A stretch of 64,000 nt of DNA from NCBI RefSeq assembly GCF_964194025.1, contig NC_134472.1:63922001-63986000 (forward strand), given 5' to 3'. Positions 13,641 through 25,079 of the stretch are shown piece by piece. The DNA is from Convolutriloba macropyga (lineage: Eukaryota). Position numbers and translations under genes: made by a program. The notes beneath the pieces are model-generated. The model was not told the DNA's origin, searched no databases, and worked only from the letters and a program-made list of their open reading frames with translations. Position 1 is the stretch's first letter, and every line of letters begins with the position of its first letter.

Positions 13641-13999
13641 TGAGGGTCTGGCGGGGAGGGGGGTACGGCTTGACGGTTGTGTCAGAGGTAAAAATTGGGG
13701 AGCGGTTGAAAGGGGGCCGGTTCGGGGAAAAAGTGAAGTGGAGGTGGGAGTTGGGAGGGGGTAAAATGGGAGGACCAAACTCCAAGAACCGCCCTTCACA
13801 CCCAGAAAATATGTCTTCAAAAAACTTTCGGTGCATAGTTAAACCCTAGCAAGAGAAAAAGCTCTAGTGACTTCCGGGTGTTGCCTGTTGATCCCATTTT
13901 TGAGGATGAGTGTTAAACAAAAAATCTTCCAGCCAATTTTTTCAAACCAATACCATAAGCCAACAATAATATGCTACAAACTTCATTTGAAAGCAATTA
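13535..13999 (-). mobile_element. HINE-A copy closing the 7.7-13.6 kb tandem array
   Basis: aacataaccgac start; aagaaccgccc core shared with 2019, 40284 and 53208; ends cttcatttgaaagcaatt. Confidence 0.6.
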
Positions 14000-14389
14000 C
14001 ATCAATGCAAGGAAAAAAGATTTCTGATTTCTGTTATCATACTAGTGTAATATATGGAATTTTGGAAACCAAACAATAATCAAATCCAATTTCTTTGGTT
14101 TTATAGTATGATTCAACTAAGAAAATATGTTTTGAACAGTAAATAAAAACAAAATTTAGCGCGAGTGATAATTGAACGGTTGTTGAATCTTGACTCACAT
14201 TTCGATGTCATGCAAACATTTTCACTACGCTGACGTAAACTGAAAGCGTTTCTGTTGGTTACTTTGAACTCTTTATTATTGAATAATTTTGTCAACGTAG
14301 GTTGAGGTCCAGACCGAAATGATTTCTAATCAGATTGTTTTGAACTCCGATCAGTCCTTCCAGATCAAAGTGACCTCTGATAGGACTTT

Positions 14390-16298
14390 AGGGCACTTTA
14401 CCCGTGTCAAATTTTCACCCGAAAAAAAGATGTATGATTAGGGGGGTAATTGGGGGGAGTTTTAAACCAATTCACCTCAAAACTTTTGCATCATTTTGGC
14501 AGGAAATGAAGGTAAATCGATGCAAGAGTAGGGGGTAATGGGGGGGGGGGGGTAATTGGGTGTGGGGTTAAAATGGTGTAAGACTAGGGGGCAATTTTGG
14601 GCGGCAAAATGATGAAAGAGCAGGGTTAATGGGGGGGGGTTAAAACGATGCCCCTTACTCTTGCATCGTTTTATCCCCCAGCCGCCCCAATCTTACATCG
14701 TCTACTACGTCTATAGTCGCAGAGTCATAGCCATGAACCCACAACCTCGTTCCCCTGAGCCAGTTTGCCTTAGAATGCCAAGATACCCACTAATCTTGCA
14801 TCTTTTTGGATGGTCGTTTTGCGGAGTAAAATCTAACAACTCCCCTTCACTCCCACTTATCCCTTATCTTATGTCATTTTAACTTGTAATTTTTTCTTAT
14901 TAGTTTTATTGGGATTTAGATCTAACAATTCCGCCCTTACCCCCATTGCCCACCTAAACCTACATCGTTTTACCCCCCTATATTTAGGCCCTAATCCTAC
15001 ATCTTCTTTGGGGTTAATTTCGGGTGCTAAGGTGTAAAAATTCCCCTTTACTCCCCATTACCTCCGTTATCTTACACCGTTCTACCCGCTTAATCTTACA
15101 TTTTTCTGGATATTAATTTTGGGGGTAAATTCCAACAATTCTCTCTTAACCCGAATCACCCCTTTATCTTACACCTGTTTAAACCCAAAAATTATCCCCC
15201 AATCTTAAGTCTCTTTGAGGGGTAATCTCGCCTTGCTCCGTATTACCCCGTTAACCTAACGTCGTTTTACCCACCTAAATTTATCCCCCAGTCCTACTTG
15301 TTTTTTGGGAAGTGTTTTGGGGGCAGAATCTAAAGTTCCCCCTATTACAACCCATTACCACCCTAATCTTAGATCGTTTTACCACCTTAAAGTTATCCCC
15401 TAATTTTGCATGCTTTTGGGCGTTATTTTTGGGGTATTACATCTAAAAAGTCCCCCCTTACCCCCCATTACCCGGTTTAACCCCCCTAAACAAACCCCCT
15501 AATCAGAAATCTTTTGGTATGTTAACTTTGAGGCGTAAAATCAATAAATTTCCCCCTACTCCCCATTACCATACTTACCTTACATCGTTTTACCTCCCCC
15601 CCCCCCACCACCCCGCCCCAAAAAAAAGATCCCCCACCAATCTAACATATTTTTGGATGGTATTTTTGGGGGTAAAATATAAAAAATCCACACTTACTCC
15701 CCATTTACACCCTTTATCTTACATCGTTTCTACCCCAGCTCCCAAAGAAGAATCCCTCCCCTAATCTAACGTCATTTGTATGGTAATTTTGAGGGGTAAA
15801 GTCTAAAAATTTCCCTTTACTCCCCATTACCTCCCCTATCTTGCATCGTTTTACCCCCCCCCCCCCACCCCCCCCCCCCAAAAAAAAACGAATCTCCCCT
15901 CTAATCTAACCTCTTTTTGGATGGTAATTTCGGGGGTAAAATCTAACAATTCCAAGCTTACTCCTATTTACACATCTTATCTTACATCGTTATACCACCT
16001 AAAACTACCTCCTAATTTTATATCTTTTTGAGGGGTAAATTTTGGGGACGTAAAATCTTACAATTCCCCCCTACACCCCATTACCGGCTAACCTTGTATC
16101 ATTTTACCCCCCTAAACCCTCTCCACAATCTTTTTTTAGCGGGGGGTAATTTTTGGGGGGTGAAATCTAAAAATTCCCCCACTGCCTCTATTACCCCCGA
16201 CCTAATCGTACATAGTCTCTCCCTATAGACCGTTACCCCTCTACTCTTACATTACTTTGGGTGGTAATCAGGGGGTAATTTGGACAAAGGTAAGCTCT
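14390..16298. mobile_element. Foldback-like element / minisatellite of ~115-130 bp GGGGTAA/TTACCCC units
   Basis: Short G-rich left arm (14440-14645) is inverse to a long C-rich array (14650-16250); degenerate terminal inverted repeats. Confidence 0.6.
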
Positions 16299-17008
16299 GC
16301 ATGTGCAGGCAGTGAGGTCAAAATCAACAGTGATGAGACCAATGAGACCAATCTAGACAGAAAGGACCTCTGTTAAGGCTATCCAAGAAAAAAATTGATC
16401 CTAATCAAACATGTTTCAGATCATTGTCCAAACTTCCGAGCGTTCAAAACCACCTCCGGTTACAGTTCGAGCGATAAAATTTATCTCTGATCTGAACAAA
16501 AATTATTTTTTTCATACACAAGCCAGGGCATTCTGTTGCTTTACAACGCATTCTTTTCTAAATTATGTGTTGTGTCATCCAACTGTGTGTAGGGTTGATT
16601 GGTAAACTATGTGTTTTGATAGGACACACATTGCTGTCGCTTTCAAAAATGTACAGCTCTTTTCGTTTTTTTAAATCCTTTCCATGTGAAAATTTCCTTA
16701 ATACAACATCGCTTCAACATCTGCATTATACAGCACTGATCATACCATACCAGACCGAGGTGAAATCTGATCGCACAAGTTTAACACCATCGTCCAGACT
16801 TTTATGCACTTAAAAATTGTTTCATTGGGACTTTTATGCATTGGGTATAATGGCATTGAGTATATTGTCCTGACACCAATTCAAGACCAGGATGCAAATG
16901 TGAGAGCTCAAGGATGGTGGGATCAGATGGCACACTGACCTGAGTGCTGAAGATGTTTAAGACTTTGTCTACGGCATCCTCATATTTTGGAGTTCTGGAA
17001 AAAATTTC

Positions 17009-17165
17009 GGATCTATTCTGTTTCGGCCCGCCAGTGTTTTTTATGACCCCCAGTTACAAATTACATGTTGTTATATAGCACGTTACTATGTAAGAAAATA
17101 GCAGGTGCGCCTGAGGGTAATAAAAAATTCATGCTCACTAAGCTGGGGGGGAACAGAATAGATCC
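17009..17165. mobile_element. MITE (GGATCTATTCTGT TIR family)
   Basis: TIR ggatctattctgt / acagaatagatcc; near-perfect 8-bp TSD; further copy at ~17341-17515. Confidence 0.8.
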
Positions 17166-17703
17166 AAATTTTCGTTTCAAGAAGACCTCATACGATGTTA
17201 TTTTTCAATCCGGTTCAATTCGGAATAAAACTTAACACCCAAATCATATTATTTGATAATCCATTTAACTGAATACGATGGTAGGTTTTAAAGAAAAACA
17301 GCACCGAAATCCATATGAGCAGCAAATCAAGACAAATTGGAAATCTATTCTGTCCCCCCCCCCCACCCCCCCCCCCCCCCAGTGTTTTTATGGCCCCCAG
17401 TAACAAATTATAGATTGTTATATAGCACGTTACTATGTAAGGAAATAGCACGTGCGCCGGGGGGTCATAAAAAATTTATGCTCACTATACTGGGGGCCCA
17501 AAACAGAATAGATCCCAAATTAGTTAGAGTTGATTTTAAAAAAATTAAAGAAAATTAAAAAATTAATTTAACCGCTTAAAATTTAATTTCTAAATTTAGA
17601 AAAAAAAAATTAAAAATTTAATTTAACTATAAAATTAATTGCTTTTCCATCCCTTAGTTGGCGCCAATATGGAGGTATTTGGATAAGTAAAAAGGTGTGT
17701 AAC

Positions 17704-17937
17704 CTTTGGAGTGAGTGATTGATTTAATAGAAGAGGCATTTTTGACATTGATGTGTTCCATGTCTCTCTGAAGAGTGTTCACTCTCCTTTCCATTTGAAG
17801 AGAGAGTGACTCACAGTCTGCCCTCTTAGCCCTCACTTCCCTCTCACTCTGTTCCAATTGGACTGCCAGTCTCTCTATCTCCCTCTGCTGCTCCTCAAAT
17901 GTACACATGTAACTCTTCTTCAGCTGCAGAAGGTCAC
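17704..17937 (-). CDS. Coiled-coil protein gene, exon 2 (GDLLQLKKSYMCTFEEQQREIERL...ITHSK)
   Basis: Acceptor gaacag|GT; heptad-rich E/Q/R/K peptide; donor AAAG|GTTACA (weak, phase 1) is compatible with the exon starting at 7627. Confidence 0.82.
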
Positions 17938-17989
17938 CTGTTCACACGCATAATACGGATCAGTTTCTGCTTATGGAACAATAGATATC

Positions 17990-18169
17990 GGATCCATTCT
18001 GTCCCCCCGCACTACAGCTTAGTGGCAATATATGTTTTTCGACCCTTAGGCGCACGTGCATTATTTTCACATAGTAACGTGCTATATAACAACATATAAT
18101 TGGTAACTGGGGGTCATAAAAAACACAAAAACACTAGGGGGGGGGGGGGGGGGGGGACAGAATAGATCC
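17990..18169. mobile_element. MITE (GGATC TIR family) with 8-bp TSD tagatatc
   Basis: TIRs present; perfect TSD at 17982-17989 and 18170-18177. Confidence 0.85.
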
Positions 18170-20750
18170 TAGATATCAACTAAGAGAACATGGGATTTTT
18201 CGGATCTTTCCCATTATAGCCCCCATGAAATTATATCCCCCATTATGGTATATTTACCATAATGGGGGGAGCTATAGGTTATCTGACTACAAAGCTCAAA
18301 GCTGGCGGGGCTATAATGGGAAAGACCCAATTTTCCCTTCATTTCTAAAATGAAGAAAATGTCTTGATTAACTTTTCTCTGAGAAGTGCCATTTAAATGC
18401 TTTCATTTGCCACTAATGCAATCAATCTGCATGTGCAGACTTCTGTAAATCTGTTAACACTATATGGTTAACATCTTACCAAATCTGTTCAACTCAAATA
18501 GCCGAAGACAAACAATAGTGAGGCTGAATTGAACTGTCTGATATAAATTGTTATTTTCCCGTTAATTCAAAAAGTTTTAATCTTAGAGCTTTCATATTAT
18601 GGAACATTGACTTCAAAAATCAACAAAGTTTTAAAAAATTGGTAGAACTACAACATTGTCATAAATGAAAGTTCTATGACTAAAACTATTTCATAAATGA
18701 AAGTTCTATGATTACAATCTAAAAGAAGTTCAAGTAAATTTGCCTGAGCAAAAAAAAACATCTGAATTTGCCTGAATCGTTCAGGCAATTTTTTATCACC
18801 TGAGAAATACCTGAAGCACCAGAATTTGACATGAAAATTCAGTCATCACTGGCTAAATTTGTACCTGAAAAGCATCAGGAAAGCCTGAAAAAAACCAGAA
18901 AATAAGGCTTGAGCAGTAAAGGAAAAATTCTCATTTTCATGTGTTTTCACCTCAGTTTTCCCAGATTTACTCAAATATTGCGGCCAAAATTAAGTAAGAA
19001 GTTTAATTTAAATTCAGGTAAAAACACCTGAAAAAATTACCTGAAATTTATAAAATTAGAAAATATCATATTATGACGTCTATATGAATATGTAGTCATA
19101 AAAATTTCATTGAATCTGTTGTAAAACTTCTTATTTATTGTTTTAAAACTTCTTGAATACTGAGGTCTACCCGGCTTGTAAAAATAACATTAGAACCAAA
19201 ATTTTGTGTACAAATAAAAACAGAAGAAATTTGGACTGCTTAAATTTGGTTAAGTTCTTTCATTGAAAAAGTTAATTAAATGAAATTGTCAGAGAAATTG
19301 CAGAAAAAGAGTTCCAGATTAGTTTTGCGCCTTGGTAGTAGTAAATGACACATTTTTTTAAGGAAAACACATGACTAACTAAAACATTGACATATTTACA
19401 AATAATCGCAAAAAACAGCTTACGACCTGCAAAGTGGTAACAACATTTTATATAGAAAAAGCACGTGTTTTCGACGTCAAACAATTCAATTCTTATAAAA
19501 AAGAATTTATCGATTTCCAAAGTGAACCTCTTCCTAGTCAAGTTAAAATGTATTATGTTTTTTTGTAAAGGCTTTTGGCAGCATGTTGCAATCAAAATGG
19601 GAAATGTTCATCCATTTTGCTTTTTTTTGTCTTCGTTATTTTGAAGCGGCCATATGATTAGGCCTAGTATAAGATGTCGCAAAACCATGATCGAGATCAC
19701 AATAAATAACTCCGTTAACTACATTCTGTAGGACGAAAAGATCTCTTCGTGCTAGCTGAAAACAAACAGGTAAAGCACTTAACCGCTTCATGCAGTCAAT
19801 ATAACTGCTCTAACCGGTACAGAGAGAAAACGAAAATGAAGTCCACATATGACAACGAAATTGAAATTTTTAATTTTTTCTTTGGGACACTTAAGAGGGG
19901 TGCCATGTCGGGGATGCGTATTGCAAAATTAGAGGCATCATTGAGACCTCTACTGCTACTTACTCGAGCCAGAAATGTATATTATGTGCTACTGCTCAAC
20001 GATACAGTTATAGCATGTAGCAAAGCTCTAAAATGACGAAACTCATGAGCGAATCCTATTTTATCCTAGTAGAGACTTATAGTGTCATGATTTCCCATTC
20101 TGTTTTTTGTGACAACCACAAAAATACTTCAAAATTATAAAATAGAGAAACCTATTTGTTAAAAAGGCGTCTCAGGTCCAGCCAATTGATTTCCCGTAAT
20201 GGGCGAACATAACGACATATGCATCAATTAGCTTGTCTCAGTTTGCATAATTTGTAATTACTTTAAAAGTTTTCACTCCGAGTTGAAAAACAATTGTAAA
20301 ATAGATAGCCGAGGTAGTTGTCAACAGAGCTTTTCTCCTCCACTGCCTCTAATTTAGCTTTAATCACATTTTACTGATTGGTAGTTCAAGAACCTTTATG
20401 ATCTGAGAAAAATGCAACCTATTTTCTCTGACAACAGCCAGCTGAGCTTGAACAACTTTTTCAAAACTAACTCGGCTCTACAGAACTCACTTTAACAACG
20501 TATGGAGTGAGCAGCCGTTAAAACAGTTTTTTAAGAGTTCTTCCTGATTATTTTTTGCTATCTTTGCGTTGATTTTTCTGAGACGTTACAAAAGTGGCAT
20601 TTCAACATTAAGTGGCTTTTCCATTTCTCTCTTCTCCAGTTTAGTGGGTGCATATTATTTGCAAACCCCAGAAGCACGTGCCATATTCTTTACACGATGT
20701 TTTACTGTGTAATGGCACATGCTCTGTAACTGGGGAAATATAACGTACTT

Positions 20751-20948
20751 TACAACACGGTTGTCAGAACATGCATTTAATCAAGGAACCTCCCTCAGTA
20801 TGTTATATTTCCACCAGTTACAAAGCACGTGCCATATTCTTTACACAGTGTTTTACTGTGTAATGGTACGTACTCTGTAACTGGGGGAAATATAACGTAC
20901 TGAGGGAGGTTCGTTGCTTCAAATGCATGTTCTGACGACCGTGTTGTA
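20751..20948. mobile_element. Palindromic MITE (TACAACACGG...CCGTGTTGTA)
   Basis: Long imperfect inverted arms (~80 bp); the interior is repeated just to the left (20655-20748). Confidence 0.65.
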
Positions 20949-21097
20949 ACTTTTTGCTTAAAAGCGGAATTTCATTGTTTAAAATTAGCCCATTGTGACT
21001 AAAACATTAGATCGTTTCCGTTTGTGCCCCCACCTTAGTGGCAGCATATTATTTGCACCCCCAGACACACGTGCCATATTTTCACATAGTGATTTAC

Positions 21098-21260
21098 GGA
21101 TCTATTCTGTTTCCCCCCCCCCCCGTGTTTTATATGACCCCCCAGTTACAAATTATATGCTGTTATATAGCACGTTACTATGTAAGAAAATAGCACGTGC
21201 GCCTGGGGGTCATAAAAGATTTATGCTCACTAAGCTGGGGGGCCAAAACAGAATAGATCC
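21098..21260. mobile_element. MITE with 8-bp TSD tgatttac, nested in a related MITE (~21010-21333)
   Basis: Perfect TSD at 21090-21097 and 21261-21268; the outer element has ttccgtttg / caaaacggaa ends, like copies at ~1285-1449 and ~1793-1946. Confidence 0.85.
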
Positions 21261-21502
21261 TGATTTACTATGTAATAGTACATTCCCTGTAATTGGGGGA
21301 GCATAACGTCCTGGGGGCCAAAACGGAAAAAATCAAAATTTTTTCTACTACTGTAAGTTTCCTCCTCGCTCTCCGGCTAAATCGTTAAAGTCTACAATTT
21401 TGATCTTGCGATTTGCGATTAAGTTGTTTTGCTTTCCCTTATAACATTTGGTGTCTTTGAATCAACTTTTCCATTGGTTTTTATTAAGAGATAGATACAT
21501 AC

Positions 21503-21809
21503 CTTTAAGAGTCCAGTCGAGTGCCTCCAACTCGGCACTGAAGTTGTTGCCATGGAGACCACCTCCATTCCTAAAGGATGTCGTTGACTTAGGGAGAAGG
21601 ACAGGTGCTGAGTAGGGAATCAGAGACCTCTCCTCGACAGAAGACTCTAACCCCCCACCTCCTCCTCGTCCTCCCCCATCAGATGCCAATCTGCGCTGTG
21701 TTGATGAGTCACTGTCATCATCTGTGACCTCCGATCGCAAATAGCGACTTCTTATGAGACAAATTGGCTCTTTTCTTTTTAAGATTACCTTTCGATAAAT
21801 TTCTTTCAT
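21503..21809 (-). CDS. Coiled-coil protein gene, first identifiable coding exon (MKEIYRK...SAELEALDWTLK)
   Basis: ATG at 21809 with an in-frame TAA shortly upstream; Ser/Gly-rich ORF; donor AAAG|GTATGT at 21503 (phase 1) joins the phase-1 acceptor at 17937. The true start is uncertain. Confidence 0.7.
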
Positions 21810-24800
21810 TATTGTGACACTTCTGTCTTTAAAAAAAGTGGATTAGCCGTGTTCTGAGTTTCAAATATACTACCAGATATACTACAACACAAAAATATTA
21901 GCAAACTGAACTAATTTACAAATGAAAGCTCGAAAGCATTCACTATTATTAGAAATGAACAATGAACTTCCCTGGAAGTTTAAAAAGTGACACAAACATC
22001 AATAACTATACCTAGTTCCCAATCTAGTAAATGATTCTAAAAGATTAACCAAGGAACCTATCATTTAATTAGGAGGAAGAAATGTGCAGCTCGTTGTAGT
22101 TATCTTCAATCCAACCAGTCGAGTGTCAACCCAGCTGATAAAAACAATAAGATCAATAATTTTGGTTCCTCCGTAATCGCAGCGGAACAGCATTAGGCCT
22201 ACTGCGGCCTGTTCTCAGATGCCATTTTTCTTATTATTCCGCACATTTCAGACTGTTCTTTTTATGAGCAGCATTGCTCTTTTTTTGGTGACTATGGCCA
22301 CTTTTTTTGCGTCTCAAATTTTCATGTGGTACCATCATTGCAGCCAACGTTGGTCAGGCTATGGTCAGACTGAATCAAAAACCCATCAGGTATGTCATCA
22401 GGTAAAGGAAAACTCATCAGGTAGGTGGTAACGCAGAACATGGAATGTCGACTAGTGTCACACTTCAGTACAACTTGAGTTTTCTGCTAGTGAACCAATT
22501 TTTCTACAAGTAGTTAGCCCTAATCTCAGAGTGATTTACATTTAATTGCCTCTGTGGGGCACAGAGTGTTGATACTCTAGAAAAACATTTACCTATCACA
22601 GGTTCGCAATCATTTTTGCTATTGTCCCGATTCGAAGAAGACATTAACTCCTAACCTACCTTAATGTTTGATATTTTTCGATAACAACCTTAGTTCTCGT
22701 GAAACCGCAATTATACATGGTTCTCCAGTGTCAAGTTCTACATGTCCCCACATTTTTTATTATAACTAATATGAATTTAAAGTGGTGAATTAACCATAAA
22801 CCTGACGCCAACTAACTATTTTTCAAGAATCAATCCAAATATTTTCCAAACATATTTTCTCACTTTCTATGCAGACTCTGAATTTGCATTAACTATATCA
22901 AATGATACCGAAAACTTAGAAAAAACAAAAACAAGGAACAACTACTACAGCTGGGAACAACCGTGTTTCAGAACAAGCAACTTAAAATGCAATCAAGTCA
23001 TTGGGGCCGAAAATACACTGCTAATCTATGTCTATTTTTTATTCTCAAGTCCGACTTTAGGAAACTTCAATGTATCATACGGGAAGAATACTTTTTGCGA
23101 TATGTTTTTGGAAACCACTCAACGTCTTGACGCAACTTTTCCCTAATTTTGTAAGGTTTGTTTTCAGTAGGCCTTGGTAGTTCACGGGAGATTTTATCTT
23201 TTTTCAAAGTCAGCGATTCATTATCAGGAATGATATTTGGTTAGTCAACAGCTCCCATCAGATTGGTTTTTTGTGCCATTATCCGTTTAAAACTGCTTCT
23301 AATTTGATATTTCTCAATTATTTTTAAAATTGGGAACAACTCAAAGCCTTTCATATTTTGTTTTTTCTTCTAACTACTAATTTTAACTCCTAAACTGAGC
23401 GGATTCTCTAATAGAGAAGAAACACTTAAAATTCTGCCAAAATCGTAACTGTTGTACGTGACCAAAATTAGACACACTCAATTATTATTCAAAAAGAGCC
23501 ATGATTTGACAAGCTAGCCTGTCATCGATAAGTCTCAACAGAGAAGTAGTAGGCAGAGACGCTATGTCCACTTTAGGAGTCATAGTTCCCAATCTGTTTC
23601 CACTGCGACTCCTCAGCGACATTACAATTGGGGTATTTATAACTGAATCGATTATAACTCCACCACCACAACCACCACTATCACGTAACAATAACTTAGA
23701 CGTCTTGTAATTAATACTGTATAGCCACTATGGCTAGAAGCAAATTCTGATAATTCTGAAGCAGATGATACGAATGAGCATAAATTAATATTGCTGTATG
23801 TTAAAGAGTATGGCCAGCTGTTCTATGTATTACAATAGCATCTCAATTTGGTCTCTTCTATCATGCTATAACACCTCTTGTAATCAAATTAAAATATCTC
23901 TGCTAACCAGACCGTAGTCGCTTTTTTGCGTAGTCTCATAACCTTTCGCTGGTCACAAACCTCAGATAACTTTTAAACATATCACAGTAAAAAAAATCAA
24001 ACGAGTTCGTAACTTTTCATTTTTTGACCTGCTTTGTTCTTAGCATGTTTTAATCCGGAGTAAAAACTGATAATTTGAGACTTTCTGCGTGCAAAGTTTG
24101 CTCTAATTGGTGTGCCTAGAAGTGCTGTGTCAGTAAAACATGCATATATTAAACGAAATAAGATTGAGTAAAATTGTAATTTGGCATTTGTTTAGAATTT
24201 GATACAAGCACTCGCTCTGTATTAAAGAGAAGAGTTAATTACTGCTTTGATGATATTTGAGAGTAGAGACTGAAAAATAAAGAGCAAAGCACAAATTAAT
24301 TATGGAGAATTGTGATTAGAAAATAGACGGGGCAATGTGAGATGAAGTCAATGTACTTACTGACTTTCTCAACTACGAAAAAAACTCGATGAGAAAAATA
24401 ACTCACTCTGCTCATTACAAAAAAAAAACGAAAAATATTTCACGCAAAACTAAAAAGTTCACTGATTTTTTAAATTAAAATTCTAAAAATTTTCATCTGG
24501 ATACTAAAATGAATGAAAAAATGAACATAAAACTTGAAAGCAATCAAAATTACTCTTTAATGCGACAAAGGAACTACGCGATTAAGAGGACAAAAATTCA
24601 CTTACATTCTTTACACGAAAAAAAGAAAGTAATTACAGCAAATCATTGGAAAGCACGCCGCAATCTTTTTCTTCTCCACAAAAACATGATTCAGAAGAGG
24701 CCAACAGTGAGAACAATAATTCAATTTTTTTTCACGCCGCTTCAACCAAGCTGTTACGTAATTTTTACCGCAATGCCCCTACAATTGAATGAATTATTTT

Positions 24801-25079
24801 TTATCGCTTAAATTTAAAGGATAATTGACTTGGTTAACATAACGGTGGTTATCAATACAATAGATCAACAGTTTATGAATCACATTTCATCAGTCTTTTT
24901 CATTTTCCACATAAACAATGTTTGTTTTCATTCTCCCCACTTTGGTCAGGTAAGAACAAAAGTGGTAGAACTCCAAATTAAAAAAGCTCCCGTTTGGTGC
25001 AAGGGTTTCGCAGCTTATCGCAAAACACCAATCTGGACTCTTCTAATTGAGGACCCGTAACTAAATCTGGTTAATTTGA

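Noticed and set aside
14301-14390. + strand exon-like segment (tag|GTTGAGGTCCAG...)
   Set aside because: No matching donor or partner exons; it runs into the foldback element.
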